DNA of 63,701 nucleotides, filler included, from Sphacelaria rigidula (GCA_964200075.2; 11 parts of 11 records of this genome joined end to end with filler, not necessarily neighbours in it), one strand, 5' to 3'. Shown: positions 10,565 to 24,696, counted from the first letter of the whole stretch. The notes: generated by a model not told the origin, from the letters alone. Made by a program: numbers and translations.

Positions 10565-12176
10565 CCCCGCCGCGCAGGTACTAGAGACTGTGTGCGTCGT
10601 GCGTTCCCTGGTCGTTCGACTCGCTACTCCTTCACTCTGCGAGCTTCACCGGTCGTCGCCCCCGCCCAACGCCCCCTCGGTTTGCATGGGTACACCATCG
10701 ACCACCGCGCCAGGCGCCCCAGAGTCATAGCAAAGAGCGATCACCCTGTGCTTTCCATACGATTGAGGACTGGGCTTATCTCCTACTGCGGATTCGTCGC
10801 CGAGGTGGCCGCCAGCAATAGCCCTTATATTTGACATCGGCACTGCGGATTCTACGCCTGTCGGCCGACAACTTCTGTCAACCACAGTTGTGGCATGTGC
10901 CGGGTGCGATGACAGCAGACGGCACGCACGGTTTTCACTTCCTGCCCGCACGACATGCAACAAAGCGTATGTGTGCAAGAACTTAGTTTTGTGCAATATT
11001 TAACGTCTCAACAGTCAGAGTGGGGAGTTCTCGCGCACACGTGTATATACAAGTGTATATATTACTCCCGCATGCTCACGCCCTGCGTTTGGTTCGAAAG
11101 CCTCAGTTATCACCTATAAGAAGGTAGTGAGGCGCGTGCGATCATCACCTTCGATAGCTCGCAGGGTTACTACAATAGTGATTTGAAAATGCTCTCACCT
11201 CGGGATCGGTCTTGGTGTCGAATGTGACGGTCGGACTGCCCTGGACGGCGTGTCAGCAGGCGCCCGGGTGTTGCATCCCATGACTTAGCCCTCGTTATTC
11301 TCCACATCTGCCGCCGATGTATGTACAGGGGAGGTGGTCGGGTGAGGAGTTTATCACCAACACTTCTGTTCGAGTGTGTCATCTACCCTGCCATTCTCAT
11401 GTTGTCGCTCCCCGTGGCGACGGAGGTATATGTTCTCTGTCGTATGTGGGTGATGCTACGGTAGGGGTACAGAAATAATTTCTGAGATTAGAATTGTTAG
11501 GNNNNNNNNNNNNNNNNNNNNNNNNNNNNNNNNNNNNNNNNNNNNTTAATTAATTAANNNNNNNNNNNNNNNNNNNNNNNNNNNNNNNNNNNNNNNNNNN
11601 NCAAAAAAGTGCACGGAGGCGATGATCATAAATGCCGTCAGAGCTGGTTTTGTGCTGCACGACGCGACTCATTTGGGCGTTATAGCTGATTTCGGAATGC
11701 TGCACGCCTCCATGTGGGCGAAGTCGCTGCAATCGAGCTCAATAGTGGGATCGCAGCCGGTTTGTCGGACGATCTCCGGTGCACTTTTCGTCGGGGAGCT
11801 ATATATATCGGCATTAGTCATTCAATGAAGAAAACTACGAAGGTGCTGATATGTCCAGCGCATCATACGCAGTCATTCGCTGGTTGAAAATCGGTGGAAG
11901 ACCGCAAATCATTGTCACGCAAAGTCACATACCGAGTATCTAGGAGCAGCAGCCGCCGCCCACCAACGCGCGGCGTTCGCTAACAAATAAATGTATACGG
12001 GGCCAGCAACAACAATCGATTGACAGAGCGGTATCGAGTTAAACCAAGGTTTTGAGCCATGTACAGATGGTACGTACTCACATACTAGCGCGCACAACAT
12101 ACACACATGCGGACGCGGAACACTTCTACAAGCGCCGCGTCACCCGTTTCGGAATATTTCCTTCTCAAGAGCTCAC

Positions 12177-12418
12177 TTCATCGCGTTGTCCGCACCGCTG
12201 CCGGACGATGGTGCCCAGGACCGGTGGGTCGCATGGAGGTTTTGGAGGACCTCTTCGATTCTCGGGTCGAACGCTAGCTTTTTTATGTGGGCAAGCGACC
12301 ACCCGTCTTTCGGCATTTTCCTGTTGCCGTGCTTCATGTCGTTTTCCCCCGAAGCCCGCCACAACAGCACCGCTGTGATCACAAGCACAAACCATGGTAT
12401 ACCGAACGATCGGCCCAT
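12177..12418 (-). CDS. Putative first exon of an unknown secreted or targeted protein
   Basis: ATG, hydrophobic leader MGRSFGIPWFVLVITAVLLWRASG, open frame to an AA|GTGAGC donor. Confidence 0.3.
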
Positions 12419-12679
12419 GGTTGACACCTTCCACCTGCGTGAGGTGCAATCCAAAAGTATGCACAGTGAACTTGAATATAGATATCAACGGGGTTCATTC
12501 ATTGGTTCGCTACAGAAGAAGGGCGTGCAGTTCCTCCGAGACACCGCGTCATGTAGTCCTATCCGTGCACAATGATGTACCGGTTGAAGAGGGCTAACAT
12601 CACTAAAACCCAACGCAGGCAATGTTCATGCTGTAGGGAGACGTGCGAACCGGCACCTCCGCACATTTGATTTGCAGTA

Positions 12680-13697
12680 CAGTAGTTCACATCTGAAATA
12701 GGAGATTTTCGCAGTTTGTTCTGTATAGTCGGGAATATTCGAAAGTGTTTTCGCGTGCCACCGTTCATCCCCGTGAACGTTTCATTCCAACGTTTGGGGA
12801 TTGGGAGATACTTGGCATCCCCTTCATTTTCCGAAATTAGATCACATCTGCGTTTATCATTTGAACGACTTACGGGCTGACCGTTTTTCGGGGGTTGTGA
12901 GATTACTCAGGCCCGGGTTCTGACCCTTATTGAATATTCCTGCTCATTTGATCAAAAACAATCCAATCGTTGTCGTGAAGAAACGCATTTTCATTATTTT
13001 CAAGTTCTATTCATATTGTTTGGGCTAGAGCCGAGATCTGTGTTTTCTGGACCAGTGACGGTCGATAACACCCCCTGAGGAACAAGGTACGTACTCCGTA
13101 TCACCCCAACAACACCAATTAAGGATTGTGCTCTGAGCACGACCTGCTTCTCGTCTCAATATCTATCGACGCTAGGACGTTTGAGCGCCAAGGACGGATA
13201 CTGCGTGAGAAAATTCAGCAAAACACTCAAGGACAAATTCAGGAAAATACTCAATAACGACAATAATAAGTGCCCAACCGAGCTCTGCATATCACAGGCG
13301 TATTAGAGAAACACAAAATAACGACAAGTGCCCAACCGAGCTCTGCATATCACAGGCGGGAGTGAACCAGTTTCGATCACTCTCATGGACGGTTCTACGA
13401 ACCTTCATTATTTTACAGTATTTTTACCCATTCATCACGTAGAGCCGAAAGAAGCATGTTTTGGAGCAAAAACTGACAAAAACAACACTCCCTGTCAATG
13501 AAGCTCGGAAGTCGTTCAATATTGAGCGCAGAGACGATGTTTGTTTCGGAATGTGGAGCGGATGCCCAGTATCTCCCGACATCCCAATTTTGGCATCAAC
13601 CGGTGGTCGGCATCAGCGGTGGCACGCGAGATAACCGTTGAATATCGCCGACTACGAAAAAAATACACAAATCTCCCATTTCAGATGAAAACTACTG
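12680..13697. mobile_element. Non-autonomous Tc1/mariner(pogo)-type element with ~200-bp imperfect TIRs
   Basis: TA|CAGTAGTTCACATCTGAAATAGGAGATTT ... AAATCTCCCATTTCAGATGAAAACTACTG|TA. Internal direct duplication at 13268-13358. Confidence 0.85.
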
Positions 13698-16242
13698 TAC
13701 TAAAAATGGACAGCATACGGAAGGCTGCTTCCACGCAGCTGTTTGTTCTCGACAACGTTGTCGATGGGAAGCACCGCCTGTATACTAAATAGCACGAATT
13801 GTGCGACGAGAGCGAACCTCTTTCTCCTGCAAACGACACTGTCAAGGTCGCGCAGACGATATTATACTCTCCCATGAAACACTGAGGGCTTTGAGTTGCT
13901 GCTTATAGGAGACGCAGCCGACCGCTAACCTTGCATGGAGCCAGCAAGCGTACACAGCACGGGTGGATGTGCTCAAGAGTGAAATCCGAACCGTGCTGTA
14001 TATTGACGCACACCAATCCTAGCCCACCGCATAGTAAGAGGCAGCATGCCCCTTCGTTGCTTGCTACTTGTGAGGACAAGCTGTGGTCTTCCATTTGTAA
14101 TCCAAATAGGTCCCATGCATCGTCACCTACTGTGCACTCTCAAGTATTTCACTTCAAGAATAGATTTAGAGAAGAAGTCCACCATTTTTTCGGAGCTTCA
14201 AACATGGCCAACAACAGTATTATTATTATCGAGTGCTGCAGTTGCTGTTAGATATCTAATCGCGGTCATGGGACTGATTTCGTTGTTGGCCTGCCTTCGC
14301 CGGCAAAATGGAGGACAGAATGATACTGCCCGCCCCTGTATGGCGTTCCAAACTTCGCTCAACATGTCCCTCGCAACCTCTGTCAAACGGGAGAGCAGTC
14401 GGAAAGGCAAGGGCGTGATCGAGCGGCCATCCCGGAAGCGGCACACACAAAAAATAAAGATACCGACTGTGGAAGGCTCAGTGCAAACTTCACAGCACGC
14501 CTGCTTTTTGTCAGTTTTACGCGCAGCTACATACACCCACCACACCACCAGCTATAGACTTTGCAGGCGGTGCGACGGCACACACTCGTAGCAGCACTGC
14601 AGGCACATAGGTTGCTGCTGGATTGTTTCTGCTCTTCACTTCGAAAGTGCGTATTTCCGCAAAAGGCGACCACCTTACTTGAACCCAACAGCTCAACCTG
14701 TGCTGCCCACGCACACACCGTCTAAGAAGATGGACACCGCTAACCCACGGTGCTTATATCACTGTGCGACATGGCCCAGGTGGTCACTAGCAAGGTTGTT
14801 GCTGACTCTCGCACGCTCGCGAGCGCCACGGCGTGCTCACAGGGCAGCTCTGCAAAGTTTTGCGCTGCAATCCGAAGTGTTCACATTTCTCCCAAAGTTG
14901 AGCTTCGGAGAAAAGTTTAGGCCGCTTCATTCTCGGAGAATGCTGAACGTCGGGTCTTGAGACGCCATAACATTTCAGGGATATCGGATGAAACAGTGTC
15001 GATAAGTAGTAATAATGGGCCTTATAGGGAAGGCACGAGGAGCCAACACAGTGAACGCGGTGCAATCTATCTGAGAGATCGCATGTAGATTTGACACGCG
15101 GTAAACTTGAAGTGACGCCGGCAACAAGGGTCACAATAATGTACCAAGACCATTTTGATAGCAGCAGCTCCTTACGCACGAAGTCAAAACCGACACCTGC
15201 ACAATCGGAGGCACCCAACACTCGAACACAGATTATTGGGTAGGTGCAGTAGTCTTGACGGAGGGCAAACACAACCACACACACCGCTGCAAACACCTCA
15301 GCCGCTGTTGCAGCCGATGCAATTCGAACAACCAACCGTCTTGTCGCCTGTCGCCCGCACCCATATCGGGGAGCGCTACAAAAAGATCATCCTGTGCAAC
15401 GAAAAGGGCATACAGGCGAGCGCAGAATCAAGCGCGCCGCCCCTGGTTCGGGCGCCACGCAACAAGAGAGCCGATCCAGTGCTAATGACAACAAGCCACC
15501 TGCTGAACCAAACGACGAACACCCAACGAAGCATCCCAAACGGTACGGTATTCCGCGAGAAGGGAAGACTGCTCGCGTTGAAAGTATGCATGTGATCGGC
15601 TGCTGTTACCAGACCCAAGCCGAGATTTCCAACACCATCCATCCCCATACGGAAATGGGAAAGCTTACCTGATGCGGGGTGAACAAGTTCCCGTACTGTA
15701 TTGGCAATGCAGTCCTGTATGTGAGCCGGGCGTCTTGGTGGTTGTGAATGGGGAGAGACGGTGGCAGCTTTATCAGTATTAAAAGCAGTACAGTAGCTTG
15801 AGTCGATTTGGTGATGAATGTGCGGTGAAATTGGGAAGTGAAACGGTGAGAGGTGCCTCCTCACATCACGAAACACGAGAACGCCTCACCTGCCTCAACA
15901 AATAGACACAATGATAATAAAAAAAAAAGTCCTGAACAAATAAAGAACGCAAGAACTCCTCAACACATACCCGCAAAGCTGTTATTTATTATTACTCCGT
16001 AGAGTATATTTGATCGAGTAAACACACGACCAACTCCTCGCTGTCATCACCTGGTTATGGGTAGAATTCACCAAATACAGCGGGGGGAAATAGACCAATC
16101 AAAATCGTGGAAACGTCAAAGATATTCTTCATCACGCTTGCATGTCGGACCGAGAATGAAGTTCGATAGATATTCTTAGGATATCGAACCACAACTGCTG
16201 ATACCGATATTATTGTCAATATTCCGAAAATGACACGATGCG

Positions 16243-16290
16243 TATCGAGTATCGAGTATCGAGTATCGAGTATCGAGTATCGAGTATCGA
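16243..16290. repeat. (TATCGAG)n heptamer microsatellite
   Basis: Six full units plus a partial one. Confidence 0.95.
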
Positions 16291-19200
16291 TATCCGATAC
16301 GATACGGCTGTTTTGGTACGGCCGCAGTGTACAAAACCGAGCAGTACGCTGGCACACTGACACCTTCACTCGCTACTGTAGATCGCTGAAGATACCTCAT
16401 CCTCTCGACAGATTTTCACTTACTCCTCACCAGAAGCGATGTCAGGGCTTAACCAGGCGGCGTTGCAACCATCTAGTCGAGAGAAATTAATCGAGCTTTG
16501 GAAATCGCTCCTGAGGGTGTGGTATCTCAAGCAACCTACGGTAGTTTCCAGTAGACAGCAGTGGACACATGGTGTACAGCAGCCAGCAGCGGGTATGAGT
16601 GCAAATTGACATCATAGCAGCGGCGGCATGCGGTGATACAGCTGTCTTGCGAATATATCTTTCGTCGTGCAAGAAGAGGTAGTTGATCACAGCGGGCCGG
16701 GTGTGGTATTGATGATACTGTTTCCATTTCTACGGTCACCATTCGTGTTTCCATCGAATGAGCGCATACCTCGACTCTGCACATTCATTAGAAAAGGAAG
16801 AGGTGTCAAACCTCGAACATGCATAAACTCGTATGCGAGCTCTTTTTTCCAACGTTCTTCACTGCCAATAACAGGAAACGTCGGCAGCATGCGTCAAAGT
16901 TTTACTTTTTGGATGCCAAAAGTATATATGTTTGTATGTCATCAACCAAGAAGAAAAAAACACTAAGCTTGAAACGATTAGAATGTCCAGACTAATGGAT
17001 GGAGGGGAAAATAAACCCAACACTCGTCAAACATGAAGGAAAGGCGAAGCGACGGTACCATCTCCTCCTCATTCTCCGAAGGACAGCTGTTTTCTACGAG
17101 CTGGGCCAGCCTAGAGGCTGCATGGACGTTTGCAGGGGGATGCGCCGGCCAATATTTGGAGTTAGACTAACATTAACTTTTTCCTGCTCCTCCGGCCTCA
17201 GCCCGAGCGCTGAGGCCGGTTCGGGCTGGCTGACGGCAGCGGCCCAAGGAAAGAGGCAGCAACTTGGCTAGTACGGAGTATCTGTGATATCTACTGTCAA
17301 TNNNNNNNNNNNNNNNNNNNNNNNNNNNNNNNNNNNNNNNNNNNNTTAATTAATTAANNNNNNNNNNNNNNNNNNNNNNNNNNNNNNNNNNNNNNNNNNN
17401 NGTGGAGAAAGTACTGTTTTGGGCTCGAACCTCATTTCATTGATGAACCTCATTTTATAGAATCCTCTGTTAATGCTTGCCTTCATCAGTGGCAACCTTT
17501 ATTTTTTTGCTTTCAACGTGCCTTAATGCAATAGCCAGCCTCCACGCTTGTTCACGTCTCGTCATTCCTTCACTTTGCCCCTTGCCTACCTTCTTTCTAC
17601 CGCGATGTGTTCCAGAGCCAGATGCCTACACTCAAATCATGATCGACTTCTTCACATCCGACATCATTCACGTCAGCTTTCGGCAGCATCTGTGACTGTT
17701 TGGCGGCTTCGTTTCTTCTCATTTTGGGCTCCGTTTCTTTCGGCGTTGTGTCGTCTTTTGTGCCTTTGCTTCATCTTTCTTTGCTCGCACAGAAACACGG
17801 TGAAGTCAACTTCCACCTACCGTGCCTACTCTATTTTTTCGGGGCGCTTTTGGGGGTCAAGACGGAGGGGGGGAGGGGGGGGGGGAGAGAGGACTGTCCC
17901 GAGTTCTATTTGAAGCTAGTTCAAACATGACGAATTATCTGATTTTAGGGCGGGAAGATCAAGTTTCTCAAACTGGGATTAGCTCAGGGAAGTTACACTG
18001 AACTAGTAATACCTGTAGGGCGATCACGTCGCTTGACATTGATGTTGAGTCAAGTCAGTTGATATTACAATTGATGTTTCGGTGATGAAGCCATTACCTT
18101 GTTACTTCCTTGAACCTGGGATCTTGTCCAATATTACTAGGTCAATTAGGGGTTGGTTCTCGTTCCCTGCGACATTTCCATTCCTGCGTTTGCTGTTACT
18201 ACACGTATACACAGCAGTAGGTGGAAAGTTGGTCATCCAGATCGCACGCCGACAATATTTTAGCTTGCAGTGTGTTCGTTGTAGTTCGATTGGTTATTAC
18301 GGCCTTGTTCTTTTTGTGTACCGTTTTTGTTTGAAGCCTTCCTCTCTCAACTATTGGTTTTATGGTCATGGGGGGTATGCCCCTTGCACCCCATGACCAC
18401 GGGTCGGAGGGATCGAACTCATGTGTTCAACGAATCGAGCTAATGTGACTTGGGCACTACATATAAAAAAATAACAGTATTCCACCGGTGGGAGTTGAGA
18501 TGCAATGTGCCCGTGCCATGTCTTTTGCGCACGAGTTACAGCCGTGCCATGCCTTTCCCAACTTTCCGATGAAAAAAAAGAATCCTCAAAGGACGAGCAC
18601 GGCGCCTAAATTAGTCGCGGTGCTATCAACATTGTATTTATAGTAAACTACAAGTCAACTGGAGGCCAACATTTATGGGTACGAGCCTCGACAAAAAAAA
18701 AAGAGACAAGTAGGTATTTGGATCACGACATGATCAGCAGAGCGTTTTCTCGTTTTTTTTCAGTTTTTTTCCCGTCGTCCGAGAGGGTGCGAAGGAAACA
18801 AAGAAGTTCGTTCAGGTGGTGATAGTCGGTGAAAGGACACGAACCACGAGAGCGGTCATCATCCAATGATCTATGCTATATTAGGAGTGTGAGTCAGGTG
18901 CCCGGTAGGAGATACACAGGTTGATAATACTTGGAAGGTAGGGACTCGTCCCGAGGGAAAAAGGAGGGGGGTAGGGGGGAATTTGTAGAAGTAACCCCCA
19001 AACATACAATATACGTCCGGTGCCCTCTTGCTTTTCCGCTGTGGCCTTGCCCATAGCTGAGATGTTTTCATGACTCAAAACTAGGTGAAGAAAAGTGCCC
19101 GTACCAGCAGCAGGCTGACTTCGTCTCTGAGGGTAGGACGATCACCTCCGAACGATGTGCTGTACTCTCCAAGGATATCCCGGCACTTGAGCGATTTTTG

Positions 19201-20587
19201 ATGCGTTTAATCTTGGCTCTGGGTTTTCGAGGCGGCATTTGCCCGCCTGGCCGTGTTGTCACGCGAAACACACTGCCGAAGAAGAGTGAAAAATATCTTT
19301 CTGCGCGTTCCTTCGATGTGCCCTTCTTTTGGTCCCATAGGGAGTGGATTGGTATGAGCAGGTTAATGGAGAAAGTACTCAGACAAATTGTCAAAGTGGG
19401 AATCCGCGCGCACATATATACTACTGTGAGAGTAAACGCGGCTCAAATAAATAACACGATACACTAGAACAGCCTTCGGTATTCAGTTATGACAGCCGAT
19501 TCAACAACAGTCGTCGTTGTCAGGGAAATGGTATGTATGAATGCAAGCAATCAGACGCAGATTTACCTTTGTTGACCATTGCAGCAACTAGTCTCAGTCT
19601 GGGCAGTAACAGCGGTAGCAGTACAGGTGCACACAAGAGAAGGATCTGACTAGTACACGGATTGCTGTATCTCCGTAGAACTTGCTGTAAGTATGCTGAA
19701 TTCTTCCGAAAACACTTCCAAAACGTTCTTCGTAGATCTAGATGATTCTGGATTCTGTGTGTAACAGCAAATTGTGCGAATTGAGGTTTAACTTCGAGAT
19801 GACGTTCAAGTGGGCAAACCGACTTGTGAACGTTTTGTAGTAGAAGTACCGAGGACAAGCTCTTATTCGGAAGAAGTTACTTGTGGAGGTGAACTCGTGA
19901 TGCGCCATTTTCAGTATGTCCAAGAAACTATATAAGTTAGTCGAGTGGGCACTCTTGTTCCTCTACACCACAGGGGAAAAGGTGGCAGCGCACGGATTCC
20001 ATGTCTTGCGCTGAGCCCCCACCCCCCCTCAGGCTGCGCCAGCACGAGGAACAAACCCTCGATCATGCCCGACAGGGTGGCGGGGGGAAGGGGGGGGGGA
20101 GGCGTACTCATTTGTTGCTTGCCTAAGTCGTTTGACCATTGGGGGGGGGGGGGTCCGTCAGGCGCGACTAAGACGAGCAATGTTCGTGTCTTGGAATCGA
20201 TCAGCTGCGGGTTTGTGTTTCCCCCCCTCAATCAAAAAGTCGGTTTCAACGCAACATGGATAGGCCACAAGATTCCGGCACGGAAACGACTAGGATACTC
20301 CCCTTCGAACCCTCCCCTCTGGCGCACAGAATGGTGCTTTGTCTTCCATCGAATTCGAGAACACGAGCAGGTAGGTGTTCCACGCACGGTGATACCATCG
20401 GTTGCGAACAACAAGCGTCGACGCCGTCTATTCTCATCAACCGGGACCCCGTGAAACCATGCTCAACGCGACAGGACGATGTAACCCTCCTTCCCCTCCC
20501 CCCACAAACTCCAAACTCCCTACCCCAACCCAACCCCAGGAATCTAGACCCTCGTTTTCAGAACCAAAGCCACATGCATTACACCCG

Positions 20588-21176
20588 TCAATCTCCCGCG
20601 CCGTCATCGGCAGCGTCTTCGTCTTCATCTGCATCGTCTTCCTCATCATCATCGCAGGGACTAGCGTCCGGGGTGAATCCAAGCCACCTCTTCTTAAATC
20701 CAGGGCCCCCTACAATAAGATCTCCCGCACCAATTACTAAAGTCTTCTTCGCCGCTAATCTACTGCTCCGCCTGCGAGGTGGTGGTACACAAGCAATGAG
20801 AGCGTGCTTATCTCCACCTTCGCTGCCTACAGCGGTAGCAACGTAAGCGTCTCCACCACCTACGTGGGGAATCTGCGACGCTATGTCAATGGTATCATCA
20901 TCGACCGTTGCTTTCCGCGTGAGGTAGAAAAATGGGCATGTCTCTGCCGCTTCTAGGTATAACGCCGCCTTTACTTTACACGTCTCCTTGCCAGGCTCCA
21001 ACATTTTCTTTAGTTGTTTGTCGGTAGCAACCAAAATAAGGTGGATACACTGCTCCTCTACAACATGGTCGATAGATTGAAGGGCGTCCTCTGGAGTGTC
21101 GTATATTTTATACTTCCCCCAGACGGGAATGTCAGGATAGGCGACCTCTTGACCTTGTTTCGTGATCACGTGCAGC
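20588..21176 (-). CDS. Putative terminal exon of an orphan gene (acidic C-terminus)
   Basis: 193-aa ORF with protein-like composition, preceded by acceptor TCAACAG. Co-oriented with ORFs at 21653-21960 and 22300-22600. Confidence 0.5.
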
Positions 21177-21652
21177 CTGTTGACCTGATCCAGGCTCGAA
21201 AACTGACCAAATTGGATTGCACGCGCGGCGGGGGTGAATGCGCGAGACGCGGTTCCTAGTCACATCGCGAAGTGGGGAAACAAGAATATGTAGTAGACTT
21301 CAAGCAGTCACTGTAGACGTGTGAAAACGATAGTACGAGATCCCGCGACAAACACCACCCCCAGATCCTCATCGATACACGCTCTGAAATATCCTAAACG
21401 AAGGATTCGAAGCGCGATAGGCATTCTGTTTGGCATGCCATGCCCGTTGCCTTCGAAATCTCCGCGTATCGCAACTAGAAGGTGATATACCCGAGCATCG
21501 CACTTATTCTCGAATTTCGAATCACTCTTATAAGGTTTTGGCCGTTGTCGAGCCGAACAGCGCTGGTTTCACCGGCAACGTTTGTTACTTGAGAAGGCTG
21601 TGGGGTCAGCCCACGGTAATAAGCAAAACTATTGGTTGAATCGCGGTTGTGT

Positions 21653-21960
21653 TTATTGTTTATTGTTTTTGTAGAATGTTGTCAACATCTCGGTGTGCCC
21701 GCCGCCGATCTTCTGCCAGCAGTCTGGCATTTTCCCCCGGATTGTGCTGCCGTAGGGGTCTTCAAATGTGACCCTCTGATTCACCGTGAAACATTTCCCC
21801 TCTTGCTCTGACCGTTTGTGGGCCACCATGGTGGCTTCGTGATGCGCGTAGAAATATAATTTCTTTTCTCTCTTCCGAGAGCCCCCGTGTTTGCTTAAAT
21901 ATTCGATGAGGACAGGGTCTTCTTCGAGCGCCATGGTGTGGTCTTGAGTGATGGCGTCTG
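21653..21960 (-). CDS. Putative internal exon of the orphan gene (donor not defined)
   Basis: Acceptor GTCACAG then DAITQDHTMALEEDPVLIEYLSKHGG...FEDPYGSTIRG. Confidence 0.4.
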
Positions 21961-22300
21961 TGACGTGGTGCAGGCGGGTGGGCGGTCGGGCGGGGGGGGG
22001 CATCGTCTTTTTTTGCTCGCCTTCGCCGTTTGACCATTGACCGCGCGACACTCAGCCGGAGCTCCGTTCCTACACCTGATGAATAAATACCTCCAACATT
22101 TCTGCACTCATGACGCTTCTTTCATATATGACACGAAATATTTGACAGACCTTATCCCCTTCCTGCTTCACCTTCTGTGGCACAATCTATCTCCGAGTAT
22201 AGCGATCGTTATCTCGCTACAATTCTAGGTGCCAAACAATGCCATACCACCTTCATTCAAATCCCGAATTTTCCCCTTTACGTATTGCGTGTGGGGTGGT

Positions 22301-22600
22301 ACCTCTGATTCGATTTCCATGCGGGAACCACGGCCGCGGCGCGGCAAATGCGATCGTCCCCGAAGGATGCAAGGCGCTCAGCAGTTTGCCCACGAACCGC
22401 TTGAGGTACCTCTTCACGTGGTCGTCTGTTAGGGACAGGATGTTTTTCTCGGCATCCAAGGAGACGAGGATAAGCTTCAGCTGGCGTGCCACAGACAGGG
22501 GGTCGACTCCATCGATGAGCTCACACCCTCTGCGAAGTGGGTTTACCGCGTGCGTGGTAGAATTCTTGCGCCTGTGCGAAAAAACGGAGGCCATTCCACA
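22301..22600 (-). CDS. Putative upstream exon of the orphan gene
   Basis: ORF ...GCELIDGVDPLSVARQLKLILVSLDAEKNILSLTDDHVKRYLKRF... ending near a GAG|GTACCA donor. Boundaries approximate. Confidence 0.4.
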
Positions 22601-24000
22601 CGGTACATATCGATATCCGACGGAAAAACGCGGGTGAAGTGCGACCCTGAGGCAGACAACCAAAGCACCGTCGAAACACGCACCTTACCCGACGGGTCAT
22701 CATTACGTGTTTCCGCTTTCATTTTTATTAGCCTGCAGTTATCACCGACTCCCTTAAATGTACGATCTCATTGCCTTCACCTGCGATGTGTTTTTGTTAC
22801 GGGCGCAACTTTTGGGGGGGGGGAGGGGGGGCTACATCGGCACATTGTCAAATTCGAAGTATCGCGGCACAAAGCAACCACAAGTATTATAAGCGTGGTA
22901 ACAAACACAGTATAGAAGATGACAATATGTATTGAGTGCTGGGGTCTGAATAAGACCTACGGTACCGCCTTACGCCGCTACACCCCTCCCCTCCCCCACC
23001 CTGACGTAGTAACACTCTCACGGTGTACTCCGAGAGTATGAACGCGGCGCAGCCATAGTTGCCAACCGATCGGTCGTTTCTCGCGTTGGTGTATCCGCGG
23101 GNNNNNNNNNNNNNNNNNNNNNNNNNNNNNNNNNNNNNNNNNNNNTTAATTAATTAANNNNNNNNNNNNNNNNNNNNNNNNNNNNNNNNNNNNNNNNNNN
23201 NGTCAATGGTCGAATGACTAAGGCAAGCAACAAATGAGTACGCGCCCCCCCCCCCCACCCCTCGATCTCTCCCTCATTGTTCGCCTGAGCATTTGTTGCC
23301 GGCCATTCGGTTGTTGTTACTTTCGCAGCCTGCCGACAATCTTTTGATCAAGGTGTACTGCTTGTGATGTATTTTCGTCATGCTCTGCCAGGCCGTGTTT
23401 GATGTGTTCGTACCTGCCTTACTGCAGGAAATTCTTGGGCTTCGTCACTTCCGTAGTCTCCTCCTCGATTCTCTCCGTATCTCCCCGACACTGTCTTCGT
23501 GTATCTTCTCTTCTAGAAGAGTACGCTCGTCGCAGCTTGGTGTCTCGCTTCCGTAGCGTTCATGGTGTGAGAGCTCTTCCTCAAATCAAGAATAGTGTGG
23601 CCGAAACAGATGAGCCGTATTCTGTCCCCACTTTTTTTTTTTGTGCGTGTGCGTCAGAGTGCTCCTTGTGTATGCTCAACTTTTTTTTGTTATCTTTACT
23701 TCCCTTTTAGCGAGCATCTCAGTATTGTTTTTATGTCGGGTACGTATATCTTATGGATAATGACCACGACTGGATCATGACTACCTGGGAGATCAGTTAT
23801 GTGGGGTCAATCAATGTATTCATGTATTAATGTATCAATGTATCAATGTATCAATCGATCTGTCAGGCCCATGTTCCACCTTGTCGCCTTGGTCGTTGTT
23901 CTTGCTGGCCCGCCGCAGGGCTGAATACGGCTTTAATACTGGTGCTGCTGCGGACGGTGGTGGCGGCGGCGACATGAGCGGGTGAGCACAACGATACACA

Positions 24001-24093
24001 ATGCATGCATGCATATATGCATACATACATACATACGTACGTACGTACGTACATACGTAAGTGTGTATATGCATGCATACGTACATACTTATA
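24001..24093. repeat. Compound (TGCA/TACA/TACG)n microsatellite
   Basis: Read directly; it resumes at 24697-24715 after the MITE. Confidence 0.85.
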
Positions 24094-24696
24094 CTTCCTC
24101 TATCCCATAAGTAAAGTCCGTTATGATCACCCGGACCCTTGACCGTATCCGATGCCGTAGGCGATATTTTTCTGAAATCTTCGTTTTTTTTTTTTAATTG
24201 AATCGCGTCTTTTTCTTCCCTTTTTGCGCAGCAGCCAGCGTGCGCGAATGACCGATAAACGATCAGTTGGTCCAAAAATGACCATATTTCGCGCCTTTTC
24301 CTCAACACAGAGTAAAACCCTGGAAACCCGAAAAACGGCAAAAATCGCGAAAAAAAGTATAACTGGCTCTTTTTCTCCGATTCATCGCTGGCATACGATT
24401 GCTATGCCTAATCCGAAACCACTCGTTTACATTGCAGCCTTTAATCAAGTCAAAACAAGCCAAATTCGCCGAAATTCGGCCGACAACGTATAGATTGGCG
24501 AAATGTGGTCGAAATTTGGCCATGTTTGACCCAACGGTTCTAAGGTTGTAGGTCGATTATTTTGTTTTTGTTTTTTCCAGTGGCCATCTCTGCAAGTATA
24601 TGTTTTTAATGAACCTAACCACGACATCATGAGCACCTCCCTTGGCGAGGTACGGCCTATCCCCCATAACGGACTTTACTTACGGGACAGAGGAAG
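24094..24696. mobile_element. Stowaway-like (Tc1/mariner) MITE
   Basis: TA|CTTCCTCTATCCCATAAGTAAAGTCCGTTATG ... CATAACGGACTTTACTTACGGGACAGAGGAAG|TA (32-bp TIR, TA TSD). Confidence 0.92.

Noticed and set aside
17192..17272. Helitron 3' end (hairpin plus CTAG)
   Set aside because: The 11-bp hairpin lies about 50 nt from the CTAG, farther than typical, and there is no second copy to confirm it.
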